Shown here piece after piece: positions 26,694-39,444 of a stretch of DNA of 64,000 bases. The position numbers and the translations under genes were made by a program. The stretch lies in contig NC_042997.1 in assembly GCF_006345805.1 (NCBI RefSeq), positions 161,944,001 through 162,008,000 of the forward strand. The letters run 5' to 3'. The notes under the pieces were generated by a model. That model had not been told where the DNA came from. It made no database searches and was given only the letters and a program-made list of their open reading frames with translations. The stretch's first letter is position 1; each line of letters starts with the position of its first letter. The stretch comes from Octopus sinensis. Taxonomy: Eukaryota.

Positions 26694-27188
26694 CTGTTAT
26701 ACAACATTCTAATGTCACTGTCTTTTCTTCTTTAGTATAGACATCTTCACTGATGCTAGTAATAGCAGGAGGACACCTTCCATCATCTTCTTCGGTAGCA
26801 TTTCCATTTTCAAATATCTCTTCTTCTTCAGGTTTATCAGGAGACATTTTTCTTTCATATTCAGTTGCTTTTTTCAAAGAGTCTTGTTTGGTCGTATCAA
26901 CTCGTGATTTCTTTGACATCATTTCACTTACAGATTCCATGTGTTCAGAGTCAACAATATCATCAAGTGATATTCTTCTTTTGTCCGATTTCATAATTTC
27001 TTCATAAGAATAAACATCAACAGATTGGGATTTCATCATTTTGCTTGATTTTGAAGTTTGTACTTCTTGTCTTGACATACTAGATAATATACTTTTATAT
27101 TTATCATCTTCATAACTTTCCCTTGTTTCAGCTTGCATTGCATCCATAATATGAGTTGTGGAACGATCGTCCCCATTAAGCATATCAT
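26694..27188 (-). CDS. Multi-Ig muscle-type gene, exon a (495 bp, phase 1-1): charged/disordered segment plus start of Ig domain 1
   Basis: Acceptor ttattgcag|AT, donor ACAG|gtaaat. Open frame DDMLNGDDRS...PPAITSISEDVYTKEEKTVTLECCITG; the end matches I-set A-B strands. Confidence 0.85.
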
Positions 27189-28469
27189 CTGCAATAACAA
27201 ATAAATTAAAATATACATACATATCAATTTTCCATAATTTTATATATAAAATAATGACATATTTCATAAATTCTTAGACATAACATACAGTGAAACTCTT
27301 AATTACGTGTGAATGTATGTATGCATGAATGTAATATATTTAAGTATACATGTGTGCATGTCTGTTTGACTGCCTGTCTGTATGTGTGTACGTGTTGTTA
27401 CATATCTTTCTATGTATGTGTGCTTGCATGTATGTGTACATACATACATACATACATACATACATTCATACTACATACATACATACATACATACTACATA
27501 CATACATACATACATACAATTATAAGTGCATGCAGATGGATGGATGGATGATGGATGGATGGATGGATGGATGATGGATGGATGGGTGGGTGGGTGGGTG
27601 GATTTGGGTTTATTCCAAAATGTAAAATTACAGATGCTATATTTCTGGAGACAAATGTAAGAGATGCACTGGGTAAAAATACAATCCTATTTTGCATTTG
27701 CTAACCTATCTCATGCTCATGTTGACCTAGGGTCTCAGAAACAGCTTTTTAATCAGTAATGAATGAAAGACATGAGAAATCTGTACATGATATGTAAGGT
27801 GTTAAAAGAGTGGGTGAGTGCTTGAAATTTTGATCTAACTTTCCTAACAAAATTCAGAATGGGAACTTGATACATATAGAAGAACCCAAGAATTACAAAA
27901 GAAGTTTGAAACATAGAGGAATGAGTTTCAAAGCAAACAGGGCTCTGATTCTCTGTGAAATAAAAGGGGAGTTTTTTTGTTTCTTTTTAATTTCAAGGAG
28001 CTGTAGTTTGTAATACATTTCATTGATGACATTATTGTGATAAAATTATATATGTCACCAGAGACATGCACATAAGGTTTAGAAAAACCATTGTAATTTA
28101 CTGATCAAATTATATGAAATTAAAGGCAACAGATTATAAGATCAAAAGTGAAACTTATTTCTGATTCAATTATATCATAGATCAAGCAACAATAATTTCA
28201 AAATATGAAAAGTCTATAAATAATTTTGTTCTTAAGACAATATGGAATTCAGAAGATTCTTTATAGGCAGGGGAGACTCTCTAGTTTTATTGGGAACACA
28301 ATAATTTCTTTTGTACTGGTGCTATGACAAAATGCATCTAGCATGCTCTATAAAGTGGATGGGAACAAGAAAACTATCCGATTGTAGAAACCATACCAAA
28401 GAGTTACAATGTATAAGCAACATACAGTCACTCATCTGTCTAAGAGGGCAGTATCATCATCATCATCAT

Positions 28470-29085
28470 CATCATTTAGCGTCCATTTTCCATGCTAGCA
28501 TGGGTTGGACGGTTTAACTGGGGTCTGTGAAGCCGGAAGGCTTCATCAGGCCCAGTCAGATTTGGCAGTGTTTCTACAGCTGGATGCCCTTCCTAAGGCC
28601 AACCACTCCGTGAGTGTAGTGGGTGCCTTTTACGTGCCACCTGCACAGGTGCCAGACAGAGCTGACAAACGGCCACGAACGGATGGTGTTTTTACGTGCC
28701 CCCAACACGGGGGCCAGGCGAGGCTGGCAACGGACACAAACGGATGGTGCTTTTACGTGCTACCGGCATGGGGGCCAGGCGAGGCTGGCAACAGACACGA
28801 GCGGATGGTGCTTTTATGTGCCAACAGCACGGGGGCCAGGCAAGGCTGGCAACGGACATGAACGGATGGTGCTTTTACGTGCTACCAGCACGGGGGCCAG
28901 GCGAGGCTGGCAATGGACACGAGCGGATGGTGCTTTTACGTGCCAACGGCACGGGGGCCAGGCGAGGCTGGCAACAGACAAATGATCGGATGGTTCGCTT
29001 AACCACAGCTGCAATTTCCACTGATGTTGATTTGGTTTGATTTTGACTGTTCTCACTGGTCTTGCTGGGTCTTCTCATGCACAGC
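28470..29085 (-). mobile_element. RTE-type 3' tail element containing a 61-bp minisatellite
   Basis: Same tail motif after (CAT)n. CpGs are retained, so the copy looks young. Confidence 0.75.
28680..28994. repeat. 61-bp tandem minisatellite, about 5 copies
   Basis: GGATGGTG recurs at 28681, 28742, 28803, 28864 and 28925. Unit is ~CGGATGGTGCTTTTACGTGC.ACC.GCACGGGGGCCAGGCGAGGCTGGCAACGGACACGA. Confidence 0.9.
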
Positions 29086-29107
29086 AGTATATATATATAT
29101 ATATATA

Positions 29108-29515
29108 TCAGCTGCACAAATAAATAAATAGAATTTTAACCAGTCAGAGGCATTAATATAATTTTTCTCAAATACTTTAACAGAGTAAGAAGATGGAAGA
29201 AATTCATGTTGTTGCTATTGTAGCTAAGAATAGATTACACTTCCAAGAGTCACATGAAGCCCATTGGCGTCATAGCATTGTAAAGGATTGTAATTCATTT
29301 CTAATTCATTTATTTCTAATTAGAAAGGAATTACAATCCTTTACAATGCTATGATCCCAATGGGCTTCATGTGATTCTTGGAAGTGTAGTCTATTCTTTG
29401 CTACAATAGCAACAACATGAATTTCTTCCATCTTCTTGTTCTGTTAAAGCATTTGAGAAAAATTATACTATGTGTCCTACTGGTAAAAATTCTATTTATT
29501 TATTTGTGCAGCTGA
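29108..29515. repeat. Long inverted repeat/foldback: ~199-bp arms, 11-nt loop
   Basis: 29108-29306 is the reverse complement of 29318-29515 with scattered mismatches. Ends are CAGCTGCACAAATAAATAAATAGAATT and its complement. Confidence 0.93.
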
Positions 29516-29699
29516 AGAAAGCACTGCATTTAAATTGATATAATGATTGCATTATTGAATTAAATGAAGCTGCTTGAAATGGTTGTACTGCATCACTAGT
29601 TGATATCCTGTTGCTTATTTGGATTTTATCCACCTTACATCGAGGTGTGTGGATAATACTAGATTGACTTAAGTACCTAACTCAACTGAATCTCAACTA

Positions 29700-30260
<561 letters not shown>

Positions 30261-30289
30261 TATACATATATCATCATCATTATCATCAT

Positions 30290-30835
30290 CATCATTTAAC
30301 GCTAGCATGGGTTGGACGTTTTGACTGAAGACTGGCGAACCAGATGATGTACAAGACTCCAATCTGATCTGGTAAAGTTTCTACAGCTGGATGCCCTTCC
30401 TAACGCCAACCACTCCAAGAGTGTAGTGGGTGCTTTTACATGCTACCGGCATGAGGGCCAGTCAAGCAGTACTGGCAATGGCACACTCAAATGGTGTTAA
30501 TTACGTGTCACCTGCACAGGAGCAAGTCTAGTGGCACTGGCAACAACCTCACTCAAATGTTTTTTCGCGTGCCACCAGCACAAGTGTCAGTAAGGCAACG
30601 CTGGTAATGATCATGCTCAAATGGTGCTTTTTACGTGCCACTGGCATGGAAGCCAGTTTGCTGCTCTGGTAACGATCATGCTTGGATGGGGCTCTTAGCG
30701 CTCCAGTAGCAAAGATGCCAGTCATCAAATTTGATTTCGATTTCAATTTCACTTGCCTCAATAGGTCTTTGCAAGCAGGTCTTTAGTGTCCAATGAAGGA
30801 AAGGTACACATAAGTGGGCTGGTTACACCCCTGGC
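30290..30835 (-). mobile_element. RTE-type 3' tail element
   Basis: Same tail motif after (CAT)n as at 28470 and 32370. Confidence 0.7.
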
Positions 30836-31130
30836 ATAGGCATATATATACCTATATATATAAATATAAATATGTATGTATATATATAGTATATATATAA
30901 TATATATATATATATATTATATATATATATATATAAATATGTAGTATATATATATATATATACACACATATATATGTACCTATATGTATGCATGTATATA
31001 CATATATATACATATATATATATATGTATATGTACATATATATATATATATACATACATATAGATATATATATGTATATATATGTACATATACATGTGTG
31101 TGTGTGTGTGTGTGTCAGTGTGTGTATATG

Positions 31131-32040
31131 TGTTCCAGAAGTCTTGGGCACATTTCAAGTCTTCATATCTACTGGACTATTATTGGTCGTAACATGAATC
31201 TGGTACCATTTTAAAGTTAAATTCATTAAGTTTTGTTGTTTTTTTTTTGTAATGCTAATGATTTTTTTCATATTTTTTCAGATCCATTAATGGCGTTCAC
31301 TCAACCAGGAAAAGCGTTTTGCCTCCTTGAATTCACAAAAACTGAATTAAGGTCACTTGTTCAACATGCATTTCACACAAAATTCCAAAAAGCGGCACCA
31401 GAAAGGAAGTCCATATTGAGATGCCATGGTAAATTCATGAAGGTGTTTGTGCCCAGCTAAGAGAACAGGATGCCCATCAACTTCAGATGATATGGCTGAG
31501 CGAGTTCGAACTGCCTTCGAGCCAAGCCCCCATAAATTGATCAGAAGAGCCAGTAGGGAACTTCAGCTTCCTACAACAACTGTTTGGCGTATCTTAAAAA
31601 GACGACTGCAGATGACATCTTACAAGCTACAGTTAGTCCAACAGTTGTAGGTTACTGATAAACCAGCTCATCGTGCCTTTTGCATTGCAATGCAAGAGAA
31701 GTTGGAAAATGATGGATTTGATGACTGGCTCGTTTTTTAGTGATGAAAGGACTGGTCTATGTGCCTCCTGTTCCAAAAGACGCAGATGAACTGAAGGCCC
31801 GAATAATGAAAACTGTTGCAACTATCGACAACGCAATGCTGGAATGCATTTGGCAAGAATTGGACTATCAGCTTGATGTGTTCCATGTGACTAATGGTGC
31901 TCACATTGAACATCTCTGAACATTCTGTAAAAAAACTTGAAATTGAAGGCTTTCAGAATATATCAGATGCATTTTTATGTCCTTAATAGTTTTCAAGGTA
32001 TTCAATGTCAAAATGTGCCCAAGACTTCTGGAACACCCTG
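31131..32040 (+). mobile_element. Internally deleted Tc1/mariner-superfamily element (maT/rosa-like, DUF4817-type N-terminus)
   Basis: 25-bp TIR TGTTCCAGAAGTCTTGGGCACATTT at 31131-55 and inverted at 32011-35, then CCCTG|TA. Coding: MAFTQPGKAFCLLEF..., RRASRELQLPTTTVWRIL, SDE joined directly to VYVPPVP...NGAHIEHL*. Confidence 0.85.
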
Positions 32041-32048
32041 TATATATA

Positions 32049-32110
<62 letters not shown>

Positions 32111-32369
32111 ATATATATATATATATACATATATACAAAGAGAGAGAGAGAGAGAGAAGATAATTACAAGGTAGCTAAATGTTGCTTAAGTGTCCTATAT
32201 CTGTAAAAATGTCTATTTCACGAGTGTTCTTGTTTATCTCTTCCCTGATGAGATTGATGTATAGCTGACCGTAATTCTTCCTGTCAGATGTATTTTGAAT
32301 GCATCCATCGAAACATATTTAGAAGATCATTATCTTTATCATCATCATCATCATCATCGTCATCATCAT

Positions 32370-34110
32370 CGTTGTCAAACTCTGTTTTCCATGCTGGCAT
32401 GGGTTGGACGGTTTGACTGAGGTCTGGAAAGCCAGCGGCTGCACCAGACTCCAATCTGATCCAGCAGTGTTTCTACAGCTGGATGCCCTTCCTAACACTA
32501 ACCACTCCAAGAGTGTAGTAGCTGCTTTTTACATGCCAACAGCATGGGAGCTAGTCAGGGGGCCCTGGCATTGATCATGTTCAGACAGTCCTTTTAAGTG
32601 CCACCAGCACTGACAGCAACCACATTCAGATGTTGCATTTTATATGCCAGCAGCATGGAAGCCAGGCAGGTGGCAATGCCACACTACAATATTGATTTAA
32701 CTTGACTCAACAGGTTTTCTCAAACATATCATATCATCTAACGCATCAAGGGTACTTTTAAACAGGCCGGACATGCAACACTGGCATCGGCCATAGCTGC
32801 GATCTCACTTTAGTTGCCAGGTCTTCTCAATCACAGCATATCTCCAAAGGTCTTGGTCTCCTGTCATTGCTTCCATGAAGTCCAACATTCACAGGTCCTG
32901 CTTCACCTCCTCATCTCATGTCTTCCTGGGTCTACCTCTTCCATAGATTCCTTCCACAATTAGGATGTGGCACTTACTCACACAGCTATCCTCATCCATA
33001 CCTGTGCAGTCATCTCTCTTGCACACTACATTTTATGCTTCTTATGGTCAACTTTTTTCTCAGTGTGCTCACACTCTGTTGTGTATGCTCACTAACATTA
33101 CACATCCAGCAGATCATACTAGTTCCATTTCTTTCAAGCCTTCGCATGTCCTCGGCAGTCATGGCCCATGTTTCACTGCCATGTAGCATGGCAATTAACA
33201 TACATGCATCATACAGTCTACCTTTTGTCCTGAGCAAGAAGCCCTTAGTTGCCATTAGAGGTAAGAGCTCCCTGAACTTTGCCCAGGCTATTCATATACT
33301 AGCCACTACACTCTCAGAGCATCCACCCCAACAACAGACTTGGTACCAGAAGCTATTAACTACTTCATTTTTCCCCCTGACATGTGATGGAATCTGCTTT
33401 CTGAACATCTTCAGTGTTTATTGCCCATGTGCATCTTCCACACACAAAAACTATCTTCCCCAGTTAACCTTCCTTTGATATTGCTGCACCATATATGTGT
33501 CCATAGCTTACATCAGGTACATCTTATGGAGTTTCTACCCATGCTATTCTACAAATCGAGCAGGGCCATCTACCTAAAGGGGTTTCTAATTTGTCAGCCT
33601 TCCTACTTAATAAGGCTTTGGTTTTTGCTAGGTTAACCCTAAGGCTCTTCGATTCTAGACCTTGCTTCCACACCCTAACTTCATCTCTAGTTCTGGTAGT
33701 GACTCGGCTATTAGAGCAAAGTTATCAGCATAGAGGAGTTCCCAGGGGCAGTCCGTCTTGAATTACTCTGTTATTGCCTGGAGGACTACGATGAATGAGA
33801 GGGCGCTGAGCACCAATCCTTGGTGAACTACTTGTACCCTGAATTCTTCGCTGTACTAGTCGCCAACCTTCACCTTACTGGTAGTATCCCTGTACAAGGC
33901 TTGTACAGCTCTCAACAACCACTTGTCTAGCCCTAGTTTCTGCATTGACCACAAGATTAGGGATTGGGAGACTCTGTCACAGGCTTTCTCCAAGTCAACA
34001 AAAGCCAAGCACAGAGGTTTGTCATCAGTTAGGTATTTCTCCTGCAGCTGCCTTACCAGAAATATAAGCACCAGTGGTGCTTCTCCCTGGCACAAAAACA
34101 AAATGCACCT
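32370..34110 (-). mobile_element. RTE-clade LINE, 3' 1.7 kb (RT C-half, post-RT region, 3' UTR, (GAT)n tail)
   Basis: LVRQLQEKYL...LAFVDLEKACDRV, GTPLC*, DSRVTTRT..KLGVWKQGLESK, KGRLYDACML..LHGSETW; tail motif at 32370-32520. Confidence 0.85.
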
Positions 34111-34159
34111 CATCTAGACTCTCTCCTTAATTAGTTGGGAGGGAGGGAGAAAGAAAGAA

Positions 34160-34191
<32 letters not shown>

Positions 34192-34194
34192 AAA

Positions 34195-34234
<40 letters not shown>

Positions 34235-34744
34235 GGGGAGAGAGAGGTATGGATGAATGGATGGATGGATAGACAAACAGAAAGACAGACGGATAACAAG
34301 AATGGTCAGCTCAGAACAGCACTACACACCTTTCAAGTGTGGTTAGCTATTAACAATGCAAAGTACATAGCTTAACATTATGTAATCATGCATTGTTGTA
34401 TAACAACCCATTCCATCAGTTGAATTGTATAGTGTTATATAAAGAGCTTTGCATTGTTAATAAACATCCTCATTATCTAAACACATGCAGTGATGTTTTG
34501 AGCTATCCATTCTTATTTGTTTACTAAATGATATGTTGCAACACATACATATATAGATTTACAAGATGCTTGATATCAGTAGACAGTTGTTTAAATTTAT
34601 ATGAACTCCTATTGTGACTATTTAAAGGATTTGGAATATTTGTATATTCTTTCAAAGTAACCTGTTAGCCTAGAATAAATGGAAGTAATTCTAAGTTAAT
34701 TTGCCAAGATCAGATTGATCCCCATTGCATTATATGTATGTATG

Positions 34745-34800
<56 letters not shown>

Positions 34801-35130
34801 CATTTGTACGAAATGGAAGGTATACACAAAATTTATTTATTTATCGAATACTTCATTCTTTAAATTCTCTCATTATTGGATATTTTCCTTCTTTTCCTGC
34901 TATACGAAGCATACCATACCAAATGATTAGCAAGCTGAATTTTAATAGACTTGCTCATTTTCCTTAACCTTCATTTTTTCACCTAATACCAACATATTAC
35001 ATTGGTCTCTTAATCATTCGGTTTGTTAATGTTTGTATTAAAAGAAAAGAAAACTAGTAGATGACAAGTGAATTTAAAGATCAGAAGCATTCAATGAATA
35101 AACTATTTAAATTTGTATATCTTTGAGTGT

Positions 35131-35254
35131 AAGTAAAGAATACGCACACCCAGTGTTTAGGATTAGGCTTAGGGTTAGGTTTAGGGTTAGGGTTTAGGGT
35201 TAGGATTAGAGTTAGGGTTATGCCAAAAACGGGTGATGTGCATATTCTTTACCT
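35131..35254. mobile_element. ~124-bp MITE-like element with a TTAGGG-type core
   Basis: 18-bp TIRs, 16/18 identical (AAGTAAAGAATACGCACA vs reverse complement of TGTGCATATTCTTTACCT), around ~10 degenerate TTAGGG units (35157-35220). Confidence 0.65.
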
Positions 35255-35964
35255 CTGCCTATCTTTGACAGGCCAGAAAAAATGTCATGCCAGAAAGAAT
35301 GCTTAGCAGCATTTATTCTGGCTCTTTACATTCAGGATTAAATTCTGCCAAAATTGACTTTGCCTTTCATTCTAAGGGGATGGGGTGAACTGGAAAGAAA
35401 AAGCATTGAGGTCAATGGCTGAGGAGCCCTACCAGAAGAGGAAGAGGGAGTGATGAAGTGAGAGAAGTAGCGCCAGAGTGGTCCTCTTTTGTGTTGGGCA
35501 GTCACAGGGAATGGACATTAGGGAGACAAGTGAGCTGGAAAGGGCTTTAGCCATAGGTTCTAGTGTAGGTCAGGTGGGTAGAACACTCCACGAATTTAAC
35601 CCAGCTAAACAGCCAGCACTGAGAGGTAGGTGAACCATATTTTATTCCTCACATTACATTTCCCACATACCACACATCTTTCTGGGGTCAATAAAATAAT
35701 CACTAGTGAGGCATTGGGATCAATATAATTGACTAGTGCCTTTCCACCAAATTTTAGTTCTTGTGCCCTAAAGTAGAGATCAGAGGTGTACATATCATCA
35801 ACCACCAGGGGACATGCTCAACTGGTTAAGGTTAAACAACTGACAAGCAAATCTGTGGTATTGAGCAGAATATTTACTGTAGCCCATCTTTTATACCAAA
35901 ACAAAACAATGTACATGATAACACTTCCATTATCATTATCATTATTATTATCATTATCATCATT

Positions 35965-36192
35965 AAGTCAGCAAGCTGGTTGAATCATTAGCATGCTGGA
36001 CAAAATGCTTAGTGGTACTTCGTCCATCACTATGTTCTGAGTTCAAATTCCACCGAGGTCAACTTTGCCTTTCATCTTTACAGGGTCAATAAATTAACAG
36101 CCATTTGAGTACTGGGGTTGATGTACCCAACTTAACCCCTCCCCCTGCCCCAAATTTCAGGCATTGTGTCTATAGTAGAAAAGATGATGATG

Positions 36193-36275
<83 letters not shown>

Positions 36276-36495
36276 TAAGGCAACAAGCTGGTAGAATCAT
36301 TAGCATGCTGGATGAAATGCTTAGCAGTATTTCACCCATTGCTATGTTCTGAGTTCAAATTCTGCCAAAGTCATCTTTGCCTTTCATCCTTTTCAGGTCA
36401 ATAAATTAAGTACCAGTTACACACTGGGGTCGATGTAATTGACTGGTTCTCTTCCCATGAATTCCAGGCTTGTGCCTGTAGTAGAAAGGATTATT
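35965..36495 (+). mobile_element. Two tandem SINE family A copies separated by (ATT)n/(CAT)n
   Basis: Family A core twice; nearly all consensus CpG positions read TG/CA. Confidence 0.75.
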
Positions 36496-36504
36496 ATTAT
36501 CGTT

Positions 36505-39335
36505 ATTATTTTATTTTACTTCTCAGAACATTTGGTCTTGTTTGTTCTGGTAGATTCTGTGAGGGCAATAGATTCTGGTAGATTCTGTCAAAGGTATCAC
36601 AAGGTCTCTTTCTGCACATCATAAGCTTTGATATTTTGTTGTGAATTATTGTGTGAGGTATTCAACATCCAAGTACCAATCTAAAAATCCTAGCTGTCCC
36701 CAGCAGAGCAGTTTTTGGGGCTTGCTCCTCTCTCATGTCAATTCCGATTTCTTTGACATATTTCTCGAACTTGGTTGTTAGTGCTCCAAGTGCTCCTACA
36801 ATTACTGGAGTGACAGACACTCTCCTCATAGTCCATATTCTTGCAATTTTGTCTTTTAGTAGTCTCTACTTTCCAATCTTTTCTAGTTCTTTGTCTCTTA
36901 TGCATGCATCTCCAGGTATTGCAATATCTATGATCTTAGTTTCCTTTTCCTGGATCTTTACCTTTTGATCTACAGATTTAAAAAATAATTTTTTGTATCT
37001 AAACACTTTCAAACTTCGGATACTGGTAGAATGTGTCATATAAAACATCTTTTACTCTTAGCATTTTTGAGAAAAACTTATATTTTAAATCTGTAGGTCA
37101 AAAGGTAAAGAGCCCTTTTCCCTTTATCTACCACAACAATATCTGGTCTCCGAGCTTCAATAAGGTAGTTACATTGGATTGTAAAATCCCACAATATCTT
37201 ATGTTCTTTGTTCTCAGTGACTCCTTCTGGTTCATGTTTATACCATTTCTATGCTCTGTTCAGGTCATACATTTCACATAGCCTCCAGAAGACAAACCTA
37301 GCCACATTATCGTGCCTCTTTTTGAAGTTGAAGTGCTTTTGATCCAGCTTGCTACACTCACTCACAATATGTGAGATTATTATGTTTCTGCTGCCACACA
37401 TCCTACAAAGGGGGATTCACTATTCTTATCTATTTGGAACTTGGTGTAATTAGTTCTCAGAGCTTGTTCCTGGACATTGCATATCAATGCCTCAGTGTAT
37501 CCTTTCAGATCACTTTTTCTTAGCCATCTCTAAGTGTTGATCTTGTCTTTTCCTTCGATTTATCTGAGGTATTGCCCATTCAGTGGTTTCATTTTCCAGT
37601 TGTTTACTCTTTCTTCTTCAACTTGTTTCTTAAATGTTTGGTATTATATTGTTATTTTTAACAGAGGCAAGCAAGGATTCACTCTGCTGTTTGATGTACC
37701 AATCCAGACTATTCTTTTCATTGACAACACAGATTTTGCATTGTATGAGATCTCTTCCACCCATTTCTCATCACATACAGTCTGTCAGTATCACTTTTAG
37801 GGTGAAGCTCCCTGTAAACTGTCATCACTTTTCTAGCTTTCCTGTCTTTGCCCACCTAACAACACCTGTACCATATTGCATTAAGGAAACAGCCCATGTG
37901 TTCAGTGCCTTGATTTTTTTTTGCCATTGAGTCTACTTACCATAATTAACTTGGTTCTTCTAAGATATTCTCACCTAAAGCTTTCCTTCATTTCATTTTC
38001 CTTGATTTTGTTGTATTCTAAAATCCCCAGATATTTATATCCATTAGTCTCAGTATCCTTCATTTACTCACTGTTGGGGACCTCTAAACCATCAAACGAT
38101 ACTACTTTGCTTCTTTGTATCATAAGCATACCATACTTTTTAGTCCCAAATTCCCTTTCGATATCCTTACTGAATATCTGCAATGTTGAAACTAGGCCAT
38201 TTATTTCATGTTCAGCTTTTCCAAAGATCTTTGAATTATCCATATATTGGATGACTTAATTTTTCTCCACTTTACAAGAAGTACCCTGATGTCACTTTCC
38301 ATAGTATCTGCATGAGGGGAATCATACAAATCACAAACAGCAATGGTAATAGGCTATATCCTTGAAATATGCTTCTCATGATGTTAACCATCATCATCAT
38401 CATCATCCTCGTTTAACGTCTGCTTTCCATGCTGGCATGAGTTGATATGTTTTCACTGTTCATTCATTGATTATTTTATTCTTCTTTTCCACCAATGACT
38501 TTTACTTCATTTCCACATTTATGGTTTGGTTTGAGACCTACTTTATTTCCTATATAAATGATGCAGGTTTTAATCAATCTATTCATTCCAGTTATATTAT
38601 TTGTCTTGATTTCTTTCAGGATTTTATTCATCTTAAGGGTCCACCCACTGAGCAAATTTCTATCTACTTTCCTGAATCCATTTCTTTCCATATCCAGGTT
38701 TTCCTCAATGATACTAGTAATGTCTTCAATCATTCCTTTGTCTTCATTATTTAGTCCTTCTCAGGGCTTGAAACATTATACTTTTCCCGGTTACTCTCAT
38801 TAGGTGCAGCATCGTCAGCATCCTCTATATCTACTTCTGCATCACTACCCATGTTTTCAGTCATCACCCTCCTTCTAATCACATCAAGCTCTAGTACGAT
38901 TAGCTATCCTTTCTTCCTTATTGCTCTTACCTGGTCACAGAGCCTTTCTTCCATAATATCTTAGCCCTGCTTCTCCATCCATGTGTTATGCATCCTCTTT
39001 CTATATCATCTTATGGGTCTTCCTTCATTATCAGTGGGTCTGCTCAAAATATATCATTCCATGACAGCTATATTCATCATCTTAGTCTATTTAGTTCTAG
39101 CAGCCATATAATGACAACCGGGCCTGTACTGCTCACCCACACCTGCTCAGCAAAAGTCCATCACCTGTAGTTCTGTCCTTATCTATGCCGCTGCTTGTGT
39201 TTATTCTATTATTCATTACTCTCATGCAGAGGGAAGTGTTGCTAAGGTGTCACAACCACCAGTATTTTTATCGAGACACCATCTCTAGAGGGGTTTGTCT
39301 AAAATGACTCAAAGAGATTCCTCTCCCTTTAAAAG
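36505..39335 (-). mobile_element. R4/Dong-clade element with both ends, internally deleted and decayed
   Basis: N-terminal KWTKMMNIAVME..YRKRMHNTW..RLCDQVRAIRKKG, RT motif YMD(N)SKIFGK...FSKDIEREFG, and endonuclease 3' end homologous to 3399-4925. Confidence 0.8.
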
Positions 39336-39355
39336 TTTAAGTGAGCTATTATTAC

Positions 39356-39440
<85 letters not shown>

Positions 39441-39444
39441 ATTG

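Noticed and set aside
3029-27188. Assigning a gene symbol (titin, obscurin, unc-89, twitchin, Dscam)
   Set aside because: Only Ig domains and a linker are visible; no kinase, Fn3, RhoGEF or transmembrane segment discriminates between families.
28680-28994. Regular repeat array as a CRISPR
   Set aside because: Units are contiguous with no unique spacers, they lie in a retroelement tail, and the context is eukaryotic with no cas genes.
35157-35220. True telomere or chromosome fusion point
   Set aside because: Short, degenerate, single orientation and enclosed by TIR-like flanks.
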